Position numbers and translations under genes: made by a program. A DNA stretch of 64,000 nt from Azolla caroliniana (lineage: Eukaryota; Plantae; Polypodiophyta): positions 8,494,001 to 8,558,000 of the forward strand of contig JBHGNT010000002.1 in the NCBI GenBank assembly GCA_043228905.1. Reading direction: 5' to 3'. Below the pieces are notes generated by a model. The model did not search any database, had not been told where the DNA came from, and was given only the letters and a program-made list of their open reading frames with translations. Shown piece after piece: positions 49,633 through 62,874 of this stretch (within the stretch, counting starts at the first letter, position 1; each line of letters starts with the position of its first letter).

Positions 49633-52600
49633 TGTAATGTGCTCAATTACAGTCCCTTTCTCTCTTGGTAGGCATCTCTCTTTATAGTGTTTCCCACCTT
49701 TCTTGGCTCTACCCCTAGTTAGTTACAAGTTAGTTTTCTTCTTGGGACAAAACCACCTAGTGTGGTCCCCCACACATGACACCTCCCCCCTTAAAAAAAA
49801 TTACATAGTAGGACCTAGACCCTTATTCATTTGTTCTTCTTTACTGTGCAGCAAGGGTTTTTGACTGCTAAAGTCACAGTGACGCCTCCCAAGGATGTTG
49901 ATTGTGTCATTGTCGATGGCGTGACGATTGGGGGCGGCTATGGTTTGATTCGGAGTGAAGGATGCGCCTGCGCTTCGACTGCAGCGACATCCAGGTGTGA
50001 CACTATCGATGGCATGACGATTGTGGGCGGCTATGGATCGATTCAGAGTGGGGGATGCGTCTGGGCTTCGACTGTGGCTACATCCAGGTGTGTCGGTGGC
50101 TGCGACAGGCCCGTGGAGTCATCGATTGTGGATACATCTTGGCGTGTCGATGGCTGCGACAGTCTTGTGTCGTCCGCACCAGTGTCGTTGGGGTGGAGAT
50201 TCTCAGTTGGGGGAGGTATGCGCCTAATCCGCGAGACATGTGCGACTGTTTCCGTCGATTTATCGACTCGGCGTAACCAGTAAGTGTTCGAGCCGATGCG
50301 TGCTATGATCTTGTATGGTCCTAACCATCTGTGCATGAATGATTCACAAAGACCTTTTTTCTGCACCGGGTAATAGACTCGAACATATTCGCCGATATTG
50401 AGTGTGGTTGGCCTATGTGATTTGTCGAAATATTTCTTTTGTCGTTGTTGGGCTTTACTTAAATTATATTGAATGGCTCATCGGAGAAGAGGCATCGTTG
50501 ATTGTAGATATAACCACCACGAGGTGGCATCACTATGATGTGGGTTGACTTTGATGGTGTGTGGGTCTGGGGGGAGACGAGGATCGCGGCCATACAATGC
50601 CCTGAATGGACTCACCTTGGTGGATTCTTGTACTGAGGTGTTGTATGCGTGTACCGCGAATGGCAATACTTGATCCCATGATTGATGTAAAGGATCAACA
50701 TAGGCTGCAATAGTTTGTTTAATGGTTTTATTCATTCGCTCTGTGAGGCCGTTAGTCTGGGGATGATATGACGATGTAAACAACTGCTTTATTCCCAAAC
50801 TCTACGTGAGAACTTGCATCACTTCGCTTCGGAATTGTGATCCTTGATCGGAAAGAATTTGGTGAGGGCATCCGTGAGGAAAAATCACCCTTTGTAGAAG
50901 GGCGTTGGCGACCGTATTTGCTGTTGCATCCGGTAAGGCAGCAGCTTCGCACCATCGTGTCAAGTATTCTGTAATTACCAAAATATATTTGTTTCCTTGT
51001 ATTGATGTTGGAAATGGGCCCATAAGGTCCCATCCCACCATCTCAAAAGGTTCCTTGACTTCAATGGGTGTCAAGGTACCGTATGTGGACTGTGGGTTTT
51101 TTACAGTCTGACATGTGGAGCATGTTTGTAGGAATGTAGAGATAGACTGTCTTAATTTTGGCCAATAATACATTGACCGAATGCGATGGAGGAGCTTATG
51201 GAAACCGAAATGACTCGTCAACCGATGATTATGATAGAATTCGAGATAAGTTACCCATAATGCCTCCGGTAAATACAGACGTGGGGGGAGGCCTTGACTA
51301 ATAAAATGGAGTATGTTGTCAATTAAAACAAAATGATGGTATACCTGCTTGTCATGGCTATTTTGTATTCGCAGGATGAGGTCCTTGATCACTGGGTCTT
51401 GCTGTTGCATTTGTGCTATTTGCTGTGGCTGAAATGGGAGGTCATTGGCATCCTCTACCCATTGTGCGGCATGGTACTCCATCCGAGATAAAGCATCAGC
51501 AACTGTGTTGGATGCTCCCTTCCGATAAATCATTGTAAAATTGTATTCTTGCAAAGCGAGTGCCCATCGTAGTAGTCTTCCCGGTGGATGAGTTTTGTGG
51601 ATGAGCGATACCAATGGCTGGTGATCCGTTTCTACTTGGACAAATGTTCCATGCAGGTAAGGGTGGAACTTCTGGAATGCCCAAACAATTGCCAAGAACT
51701 CTTTTTCTATCGTAGAGTAGTTTTGCTCTGATTTCGTCAATGCTCTACTTATGTATGCTATCGGTTGCCAGTCATCATTGTCGTCTTGTTGCAGGAGCAC
51801 AGCACTGATTCCATAATTGGTAGCATCTGTTTGAAGGCGGAAGACTTTGCTAAAGTCTGGAAATGCCAAGGTTCCCGCATCCTTGATTAATTTTTTTAGT
51901 TTCTCAAAACTTTGTGTACAATCTGCTGACCACTGATATTTTGATCCTTTTTTCAATAGTAATCTTAAGGGGGTTGTGACCATGGCTAGGTTAGGGATAA
52001 ACTGTAATGAAAAGTTCACAAGACCAAGGAAGCTTTATAGGGACTTGATGTTGCTCGGCGTTGGGTAATTAGCAATGGCTCGTATCTTAGCAAGGTCAAG
52101 TTGGATGCCTTTTGAGGATATCATGAATCCTAAAAATCGTAATTCCGTTGCTCCCCATTTGCACTTCTTAAATTGTAGTTGTAGGCTATATTTTTGGATG
52201 CGTAGGAGGACTTCTTGTAGAACTTGAATATGTTGTGACCAGTCAGCAGTGTGTATTAGTATATCGTCGAGATAGACTAGTATGACTCCTTTATGGATGA
52301 GGTCTTGAAAAATGGTGTTCTCCATTCTTTGGAACGTGCTGCCTGCATCTGATAATCCGAAGGGCATTCTCTTAAATTGGTATAAGCCATGCTGTGTTCT
52401 AAAAGTTGTCTTGTGTTTATCTTCAGGTCATAGGGGTATTTGCCAATACCCTGAAGCCAGATCTAAGGATGTAAAGTATCTTGACTTACCGAGTTGGCCG
52501 ATTAAATTGTCGATGCGTGGTAATGGATACCTGTCATGCTTTGTAATTTTATTTAGTAATCTGAAATCAATGCAAAATCTGAATGTACCGTCATCTTTTC

Positions 52601-54635
52601 TGACCAAATGAGGTTCTGATACCCATTCACTACTAGACGGCTCAATAATATCCTTTTGGAGTATTTCTTGGACTGTAGTGTTTATCCGTTGATGATCAAG
52701 TGGTGTGCGCCTTCGAGTTGCCATTCTCACCGGAGGAGAGTCCGCTATGGGTATGGCGTGTTGCACTTGTAAAGTTACTTGAGTGGTTTTTTCTGTCTTC
52801 ATAAAGATTTTCGGGAACTTCCCGAGTAGGCGACGGAGATCGGTCAAACGTGATTGTGCTGGTTCTATTTGGATTTCAGTATGCATGACCTGTGTGCTAG
52901 TATGAGGTGTGTTAAGAAGGGGAATTGTGGTGCAAGGCCTAAGACGTGGAAGAACTAATGTCTGTGTGTCAAAATGCAATTAGGCCCCATGCTTAACAAA
53001 CCAATCACATCCTAATGTTAAAGGAAAGAGTTGTTTTGGTAGGACATAGAATGAATGGACAAAAGTATGTTGTGCTAGTGTGAAAGTGCAATGTGCGTGT
53101 GTGAATGATTTATAGAGTTTTTGCTTGTCGCCAAAAATTACATGGATTAGTGGTGCAGATGATGTTGGTAAATGCAATTGATTAACTATATCTAAACTAA
53201 TTGAAGAGATTGTGCTACCTGAATCTAGTAATGCTTCATATGATGTATTCTGAATACGTGCGATTGTGGAGCAGACTATTCGGCTGGAAGATGTAGCGGC
53301 TTGGAAGTGCGGGAGTTGCTCTTCCTTCAACGTCCCGCATTGATGTTTTCTTGTATGTCGGCAAGAGATGTGGAATCAGCCAACTGGATTTGTGCGTTCT
53401 GATGATGTTTAGATGCGGCGAATTTCCTACAATATTTCTTAACATGACCATAATTATTGCAGTAAAAACAACGGGGGTGTCCTTGAGTGTCTCGACTTGG
53501 GAGTTGCTTCCTAGCATTAATCTGTGCATTTTGGATGTCAATATCCATCGGGCATGATGTGGATTCGACGCTTCTGATTGTTTTGTTGTGGCATTGTAGG
53601 TGCTTGCGACAATTCCATATAATCAGGTGTTTCTATACGTTGGGCGATCTGTATAGCCAGTTGGAAGTTTGTTGGCCCTTGATCTTTTACTCTCCTATAG
53701 ATGTCATGTCTCAGCCTTGGCAGCAAGAAATATAGCTTCATAGACTCTTTCATGTTTGGATCTACTCTAAGTAAGAGTTGTTTTAATCTTACTGCAAACT
53801 GTGTTACTGGCTCATGTGCTTGTTGACGCATGTTACCTAATTGTTGCAGGGCTATTTGTGTTATATCGTTATTGGCGAAGTGTTGTACCAGTTGTTCGCG
53901 CAGGTACGACCAATCTTGTTTTACTTCTTCTGGTTGTTGAATAAACCAGGTTGCTGTGACATTTTCCAATATTGTGTGCAGTTCTAGGGCTTTTCTATCA
54001 TCACTCCATTGATGATAGCTCGTGACATTATCAAAGTGATCTAGCCAAGCCAATACGTCTTCTGTTGGTAGGCCGGAAAATGATCGTGGTCTAATTCGTG
54101 AGTCCTTCTGTTTCTCTGTGATGTTTCCTGTTTGTTGTGATTGATTAGTTAACCAATTCATTATTGTTTGATTTATGTGGTTTACCTGCAGCATCATCGC
54201 TGACATAGCTTGAAGCATTTGCTCGGTCGCGTTGGTTGGAGAGGTCCGTTCCACGAACTTTGGTTGCATACTCATTGTGTTGTTGAAATCTGATGTCTGC
54301 ATCTTTGTGTAGTTGATGCTCTCTTGAATTCGCGTCTTTTCGGCTGGTCACTTGTAGGCTCAGCGGCTGCCTCTGTGTGAAGATCAGTGGGATACTCGTG
54401 TGTGATGATCGGTGGGCTGCTTCTGTGTGATGATCAGTGGGTGTGCAAGCTGTGGTTGATCTAAAAATGTCTGTTATTTCCACCAATGTAATGTGCTCAA
54501 TTACAGTCCCCTTCTCTCTTGGTAGGCATCTCTCTTTATAGTGTTTCCCACCTTTCTTGGCTCTACCCCTAGTTAGTTACAAGTTAGTTTTCTTCTTGGG
54601 ACAAAACCACCTAGTGTGGTCCCCCACACATGACA
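49633..54635 (-). mobile_element. Compact Ty3/Gypsy element Gypsy-4 (5.0 kb) with 149-bp LTRs
   Basis: LTRs 49633-49781 and 54487-54635 differ at 1 position by eye. 4-bp TSD ATAC. PPT AAGGGGGGAGG. PBS starts TGGTGGAAAT. Confidence 0.93.
49830..54302 (-). pseudogene. Gypsy-4 gag-PR-RT-RH-IN with several stops
   Basis: CFYCNNYGHVKKYC, ALLDSGST, SLDLASGYWQI, VYLDDI, LQTDAT, GWDLMGP..SDQGSQF, WLGPY. Confidence 0.92.
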
Positions 54636-57484
54636 ATACATCAAAATTTTCAATTGAAAGGTCACCTTAAAATCCAATTCTATGAATTTACACAGAGTTA
54701 TACTAGCTTCATCCCATAAAACCAAAATTTGTGATTGAAGTGACCAAAACTTAATCTTAAAACCAAAACATTTGATCGCACACCAAATTTTACCATTGGG
54801 ATGTCATTTTGAAGCCAAATTCCATGATTTTGCGGATTCACAAATAATTTGCGGCCAAAATGTTAAACCAAATCTCACGAAAAACTTTGTTGCCAAAATG
54901 TCATTTTAAACGAAATCTCACATAACACTCTGGTATTAAAATGCCATCTTAAACCAAATTTCATGATTTTACACTAAATTTTGTTAGCAAAATGCAATCA
55001 CAACTAAATCTCCTCAATTTCAAAAATACTTGCAAACCAAAATTAATTATCGAAATGTAATAATTACATGTTAATTTTGATTCGTCTACAAAAAGTGTAA
55101 TTCCAAAAATATCCGCAAAATCAAATATATCTATCGACTCAACAAAATTATTAATAATGCACAAGGTAACCCCATATCCTGATGATGAAGACGATTGATC
55201 AACCCAATGAACAAGAAAGAAAAGAAAGACTACATTGTTAGGTACAAAGGACCCAAAGATTCGCTTAAGTAAAGAAATTTGTGTTTGAAGGGTATTCTGG
55301 TAAATAGGGCTTGTAGATTTGAGTGTATAATTTCTTTATAAAGTGTATTATTTTGGACATAGGGGTAGTTTGGTAAATTTGGAACTTTCAGGGGTATTCT
55401 GGTAAATAAACAAACTTCTAGGGGTATCCTGGTACTTTTCCCTAGATTATATTCAAATAATACATATTCAAGGTAATGAGCATGTGCACCTTGAATAAGC
55501 CATCGACATACATGTTTATCGACGTACACTTCTCCACTTTTGACAGAACAAAAAACACATTAATCGTGTTGCATGTTTATAAACCTTTTAAGCTAGATCG
55601 CTAACATTCATGATTTGATTGAAGGTGTCTTAGTGCGTCGAAACACTATATTGCACATTGCCAAGAATGAAAATTCCTTGTACAAATAATAAGAATAGTT
55701 TTTACATTAATCGAGAATCAAACATTCACAATATGTAGGCATCACCTCACATGCATCATGCTTCTTTTCATGTAATTGCAAAAATAATTGTATGAAAGTT
55801 ACAAACGGCCTTCCACCCAAAATGAATGCAATTTCATCTTATTAACGACCCTCTTTTTATAATCCTTCAAACCTCATGCAAGATAACTCATTACTTCCTA
55901 TTGCCTAACTCTATCTTACAAGCGAATTGTACATATTCATGGAAAAAGAATGTTTACATATCTGTTAGTCATGTAGTAAGATACTAAATGACATATATGC
56001 ATTGAAGATATTACACAAAAATGCCATTAAGGTCCAAGTTCCCAAAATGCTACAAAATTACTTATTTTCCAAAATTTAATGGGGAAATTTATTGGACTAC
56101 CACTCTAGAGGAATTAATTTGTCTTTATAATAGAAAAAATTAGCAACTAATTATCTTAGTGTTGCAAAGTTAAGATTCAAATGTAATGACAAGAAATTAG
56201 CAATCAATGCATGATTACTAACCTCTATAGATGTTTAATTAGCATTTCATAATCATATTAATTAACTTTCAACTATTTGAACTCTAAACTAAACGCCGCT
56301 AAATATAAATAATAGTTATTATTTGTCACATCATCTAAAGATTTTGGTGAGCTTGAATGACATTTAAAGACTTAAAAGTAGATTTATTGGCATTTTGACC
56401 ATTGCCCTCTAATTCAGCCCAAATATTATTGCTTGCATAACATCCTCTAGCTCATGTGTACCATTACAAAATTCTCCCCCACATCTATCTATTATTGTCA
56501 AGTTTATTTATAGATATAAACATAGACGGACTACATCCATTGTTTACATTCTATTTTCAAACATCCACACTGTCTACTTGCAATTAGCACATGTTATTTG
56601 GTTTTGCTACAATTTATGTAATACCACTACCCAACATAAAGAGACAAATGATATCATAACATGATGTTGTAGATGACATCAACATATTTGCAAGAGATTT
56701 CTAAGAATTATTGTCAAACTATGAAGGATATCTATGTGTAGAGGTATTGTACGACAGACAAGTATGCATACAAGGAGAAAGTTATAGAGACCTATAAAGG
56801 AGTTTGTCTCTCACTAAAATATCAAGGACATCACTCTGGAGAGGGATTATACAATACACAAGTGTATGCATACAAGGAGAAGGATATTGTGATGAACCTA
56901 GAACATGGGGGTCTTGAAACGATCTTAAAACACGATTGGATGTCACAAGAATCAAGACAAAACTAAGATTAATTATCATTAATACTTAATCGCGATTACA
57001 AGAAGGTTTTATTACAAGCTCTTTGGAGCTAACTAAGATTAGGCTCAAAAAAGACTCTAACATCAACTTCCTAGAATCAAATAGGAAGCAAACAAAAAGG
57101 TTCGAACGACATATAAAAGCAAAAATTAGTGTTCTAGTTTAATGTAAGATATGGAAAAATGGTTTGGGAGATAGGATGCAATACACTTGCGTCATGATAC
57201 ATCAATAGATTCTTTCGTGAATGAGGCCTGCTTGCAATCTCAATGTATTATGGCATGGGAAAAATGCGGATGCTCTCACTTCACACATTATATTCCATAT
57301 GTCACACTTAACGCCAAACCGTATATCTTCCCAAACTAGGGAACCAAACAAGTTAAGTCAATCCATGTTAGAGCTCATACTTTTGTCTATCATCCAAAAC
57401 CATCGGTTCCATATAATGTAATTCACACTCACCTCAATGTGAGATGGAATGTTGGTGTTGACTACAAGCTTCATCTTGTGGTAT

Positions 57485-58710
57485 TGTTAAGAATTAGGTA
57501 ATAACCTACGGGTTAATTAGTACCTAATTATGTGATTAAGCAACGGAAGATTATGTGATGTGTGTGTATGTATGTGAGAGGGAGAGAGGGAGAGAGAAAG
57601 GACACTTATGAACAACGAGACAAGATGGGGGATGATTAACTATATTAAAAAACATCATCAAATACAAAAATACCCACAATGAGGTATATATGCATCTCAT
57701 GTGCAAAGGTGCACAATTGTGAGTAGAACAAGGTTGTTAGGTGTGTTAGATATGGTATGGATACCATACGTATATAACATATTAATACGCGTATAGTACC
57801 TCCCAATTTAAAAATACATTAAATACATTTTTTAATATGTTAAATACTTATAAAATACATATTTTACGTATAGTACGTTAAATACTTCTAGCATTTAAAA
57901 ATTATTTACCTTTCTAAAACATATTTGTAATATTATAAAAAACATCTATGTTTACACAATTTTGTGATGTATATTATAGTTCTACATCCTAAAATGCATA
58001 TAAGACATTTGAACATTTCATATCCTAAAATAATTATAATATGGATGTCGACATTGAACACTTATTCTATAAATAAGTGTCAGTGTGTATCACGATGTTC
58101 TATTTCAAATTGTAATGATTTACGATTATGCCTTCATAGATTGAGGAATCGTCTACGATTATCACACTCACAATAAGTTTCTCTCTTCATTTCTCTCTTC
58201 TTTATCTTCATCTTCTATCTTCTGTGATTATCACACTGTCTTCTTTTCTTTTTTCTTTTTCTTCTTCGTCCTCATCTCTTCTGTTCTTCTTTTTCACTAA
58301 AATATTTATTTTCTTTTCCTTTTTGTTGGGGTTTTACTTACATTTTTTTATAAATACGTATTATACCTGTTTTTTCAAATGTATGTTAAATACTATATTG
58401 GACAAATGTACATGATATTTAACTAAACAACATTGAGGTATAGTACGTACTATACAAATTATGAGGTAATATGCGTATTTAAACATTAAATACAGGTACG
58501 TAAACAACCATGGAGTCGAATATAGGTACAAAGGTGTAAGTCCTATATTTAATGATCATGGGGGTGAAGGATCTACAATGTATCCCACTCAAGTACAAAA
58601 TCCTATTTAAGGCTTTAAGGTCAACACACTAACTAGATTCTATTTAGGTAACTATTAAGTTATGTGTGTTGACTAGGTAACTAAATCTAGTTGAGCTTGA
58701 TATCTCAACA
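57485..58710. mobile_element. Solo LTR split by a hAT-like MITE
   Basis: TGTTAAG...CTCAACA with perfect TSD GGTAT. Confidence 0.85.
57729..58512. mobile_element. Non-autonomous hAT-like element (784 bp)
   Basis: 8-bp TSD GAGTAGAA/GAGTCGAA; TIR CAAGGTTGTT versus AACAACCATG; absent from the sister solo LTR at 47672-48125. Confidence 0.72.
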
Positions 58711-59863
58711 GGTATGTATGGGACACACACTGCCTAAAGGTCTTCCAAGATCTGGTACGCCCCCCGTAGGAAGTGATAATGGATATATGATTCACGATTA
58801 TCAGCTACTTACGAGGGCAATTGGACAAGGTTTGCAACCATTCCAACAATGTGGTCACTGCCCATTTGTGCTTCTAGCAGGAGTGGCAGAACACATCGAT
58901 GGTGACACAAGGAGGAAATGGCCCGAGCTGGAACTACTAGCCCCTACGCTGGCTGTTTCCTACTCACCTCCCACCCTCCCTTCGTTTTAGGCCACATGAG
59001 TTGGTTTGTAATGACTAGTGCTAAAGGGCACTGCTTTTAGCTATAGATATCTACTTACATTAAGTAGTCAGTTCGAAAGGCTATGTCCGTAGTCTCGTTT
59101 TCTTGAACTTGGTCGGAGTGTGATTCCTCAATTTATGTATAAGCCACCTTATATAGTCTTTCTATAATAATCTCTCCTAACTAATGGGAAAGTAGCTTCA
59201 TTTTGGAATAAAAAAGATTCTAAGTATCACATTGTGATACAATGTTTTGCCTTTCATCAAATTCGACAATGCTTTCTACACATATTTGACCAAACCCAAT
59301 CCTTCCATGAATTTCTCAATTTCTCTCACAGTCACAATGTGCACTCTCAATTGAGCATTCATTTGCCATTCAATTTCCCTTTGTGTATTTTGATTTTAAT
59401 TTAGAAATATTATTCGAGGGAGTTAATTATGGCCTCTCTCTAAAAGAGAAGTATTGGTCACACGATCATGGTAGTAATTAACGAGACATGTTCCTACTTG
59501 CATGAGATGGAGCCCACACACATGGGTCTTGCATGATAGCACATGAAAAGTACAAATGTTGTTCCATAAAACCCATGGAATAATATGCAAGCATTCTTCT
59601 CAATTTCTCCCTAATTTTTTATCAAAGGATGAATTGCACATAGAAATATGGGAAAAGTACCAGGATACCCCTAGAAGTTCGTCTATTTACCAAAATGCCC
59701 CTAGAAGTTCCCAATTTACCAAACTACCTCTATCTCCAAAAAAATACATTTTATAAAGCAATTATACACTCAAATCTACAAGCCCTATTTACCAAAATAC
59801 CCTTAAACCTCATAGAATCTTTCTTTTCTTTCTTGTTCATCATCAATCGTCTTCATCAGGTCA

Positions 59864-59900
<37 letters not shown>

Positions 59901-59989
59901 ATATGCGGACATTTCTCTATTATTAGGTTTGCTTTGTCTTCTTTTATTATTCAATCCCCTTTTCCTACTAATTTTTCTTTTCCATGTAT

Positions 59990-60793
59990 CCTTCAAAGAT
60001 TTCTTCTTCTTCTTGTTCTTCAGAGAAACCCCCTTCTTTCAACCTCACAATGCATTACTTGGCCTTCATTGATTGATCCTGAGTTGCAACATGCTTTGAG
60101 AATGCTTATAAATGTAACAATATCAGGGAAGATACCATCAGATTGCATCTTTTCAAAGCATTCAACTACTTCTTCATATTTTCCATTCTCGGCATATCCA
60201 ACCATCAATGAAGTCTAGGAGATTGTATCTCTAACATGTAATTTATCGAAAACTTGTCTAGCTCTCTCGATTGAGCCACATTTTGCATAAGTATCAACCA
60301 AAGTGGTAGCCAATGAGATATCACTATGTAGGAAACCTCTTGAATCACATTCTACATGTACATGAAGACTTGTTCTCATGTCTCTTAACCTTATACAATC
60401 CTTGAGCAAAGCAATAAAAGTATGTTCATTTGGAGGTGAAGAAGAAACATCAACGTTTCTCATCATTTTGTATAGATCCAATGCTTTCTGTGGTTGACCA
60501 CAATTATTGTAACTTGATAGCATGAAATTTCATGAAAGTTCATTGCGAAGAGATATACGATCGAACTAATAGAGAGCATCGAGCATACATACAACTTTAA
60601 CAAACAAAGGAACTAGATAGTTTCCTAATACATTATCACATTCTAGTCCTTTTATGCAGATGCACTCATAGAGTCGCAGAGCATATACTCTGTTTCTGCC
60701 ATTCCGGCATTTACATAAAAGCCTTGCAAATTCTTCAGCAGAGGAATGAGAACTTGAAAGAAGAAGAAGGTCAACTTCTAACTTATTATGCAT
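59990..60793 (-). pseudogene. PLS-type pentatricopeptide repeat gene fragment inside the MULE
   Basis: LVDTYAKCGSIERARQVFDKL, PNEHTFIALLK, GIFPDIVTFISILKAC; in-frame stops; 3'-truncated. Confidence 0.88.
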
Positions 60794-61073
60794 CTCTTAT
60801 ATATAGACAAGGTCACGTTCTCCTCCTCCTCCTCCTTCTTTTTTATCAGAGAATAAGTGTGGTATTTTATAGCCATACTGATAATGTTTTGCATACATTG
60901 GAGGGTTGAAACTCACTTCTTCTTCTTCTTCTTTTTTATTAGAGAATAAGTGTGGTATTTTATAGCCAAACTGATAATGTTTTGCATACACTAGAGGGTT
61001 GAAACTCACTTCTTTTTCTTATTCTTCTTCTCTCTGTCTCTCTCTCATTTCGATGTTTGATGTCTCTCATAAA

Positions 61074-62874
61074 ATGGCTTTGGTGGAGGGAAGGTAGTTT
61101 GACTCTTTGAAGGAGCTTCGACAAGTTGTGAGAGATGATGCAATTGGCTCTCATGTTGAGCTAAGAGTGATCAAGTAAGATAAAACAAGGTTCACATGAA
61201 TTTTGCACTCATATGCTTTTACACTCACTTGACTTTTAATCTTAAATTTGTGCTCACATGACTTTTGCTAGATTAACTATTACATGCAAAAATTCTGGAT
61301 GTCGATGGAGGTTGCATGCATCTTGTATTGAAGGAGGTTCAAAATGCCAGATCAAGAAGAATAGGGAAGAACATAAATGCGTTGGCACTCAACACTTAGG
61401 GAACAAAGAAGTAAGCTCAAAATGGTTGGCTGAAACAACATTGGAGAAGTTTAAAGATCATCCTACATACACACCAAATGAACTAATTGGTGATGTGCGT
61501 TGTGAAAAAGGCGTCACTATCTCTTACAGGGTAGCGTGGAAAGCAAAAGGAAGTGCACATGCTCAAATCCATAGGGATCATGTATTTGCATATCAAAATC
61601 TTCGAAATGATTGCCAAAACATTTTAGAAGCTAATTCTAGTAGTGTGGCATATGTTCAAGAAACAATTGAAGGTCGCTTTCTTCGCATATTCATTGCTTA
61701 CAATGCAAGCATAAATGGTTTCATGCATTGTAGACCAATAATTGGTCTAGATGGAACTCATTTGAAAGGAAAATATCTAGGAATCCTTCTCACGGCTACT
61801 ACCATCGATGCACAAGGTGCTTTGTTTCCGATTGCATTTGGTGTAGTAATAGCAGAGAATGATGATAATTGGTGTTGGTTTCTTCAAAGTTTGAAGGATG
61901 TTCTTCGACACACAGATCCACCAACGTTTATTTCAGATAGACAAAAGGGTTTAGTGGATGGTGTCATGTTGGTGTTTGGCAATGATACATCACATGGATA
62001 TTGCATGCGCCATCTATCAGACAATTTCAGAAAAGCTTTTAAAAGCACTCAACTATTGGGGATGTTGTGGAAAGCTACAAATGCAACTAATACTCAAGAC
62101 TTTGATGTTATCATTGGAGAAATACGCACTCTAAATAGTAATGCAGCTAAATGGCTAATGACCACCGCCGACCCCTCACATTGGGCTACATGTAAGTTTT
62201 CAGGGAAAAGGTTTGGACACTTGACATCTAACATTGTCGAGTCCCTAAATGCATGGTTGTTAGAGGCTAGAGCTATGCCTATTCTAGGGATGATGGAATT
62301 GATACGCCAGAAGATAATGTCATGGTTTTATGAAAGGAGGGTTAATGGAGAAACTTCTAAAGCACGTATTGGATTGGTTAATAGAGAGATAACACATGAT
62401 GCATTGGTTGGATATGCAGAGAAATTCATTAGAGAATCCATACAACGTGGAAGACTATACCGTATTTTGCCATCTACTAATGATGTTTTTGAGATCCATA
62501 CTCCGAAACATGTTAGGATTGTTTATGTGGATAAGAAGATATGTACTTGTGGACAATGGCAGGATATGGGGTTACCTTGTGCACATGCAACGGTTGCTAT
62601 TTTTTTTTGAAAAGAAAGAGTTCAATCTTTTGCACACAAGGCATATTTGTTGCAATCATATTGTGATACTTACAAGGAGCCAATATTTCCTCTTGTTGTT
62701 ACGCATGGTAATATTGTTGGAGGCATGTTACCACCAGCCACACAAAGACCTCCTGGACGTCCAAAAACCAAACGTATACACACAATAGAAGAAGGCACAA
62801 AGAAGAAAAAACATCGTTGTGGAAGGTGCCGTGGGAAAGGACACAATGCTCGCAATTGTAGGGCCCCAATTTAG
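61074..62874 (+). pseudogene. mudrA: MuDRA-like transposase
   Basis: Exon 1 61074-61189 has two stops; exon 2 starts at 61272. Motifs GLDGTHLKGKY, ISDRQKGL, CMRH, SNIVES, SWIM CTC..PCAH, terminal CCHC. Frameshift in the poly-T near 62600. Confidence 0.93.

Larger units (their letters stand above)
49363..55442. mobile_element. Non-autonomous Mutator-like element (deletion derivative of the 59650-63669 family, opposite orientation), split by Gypsy-4
   Basis: TIRs of about 150 bp starting (G/A)GGA(A/G)AAGTACCAGGATACCCC; perfect 9-bp TSD TAGATTATA. Confidence 0.92.

Noticed and set aside
55450-57480. Host gene exons in the AT-rich stretch
   Set aside because: No recognisable coding motifs or consistent splice chain; only short duplications and possible old repeat debris.
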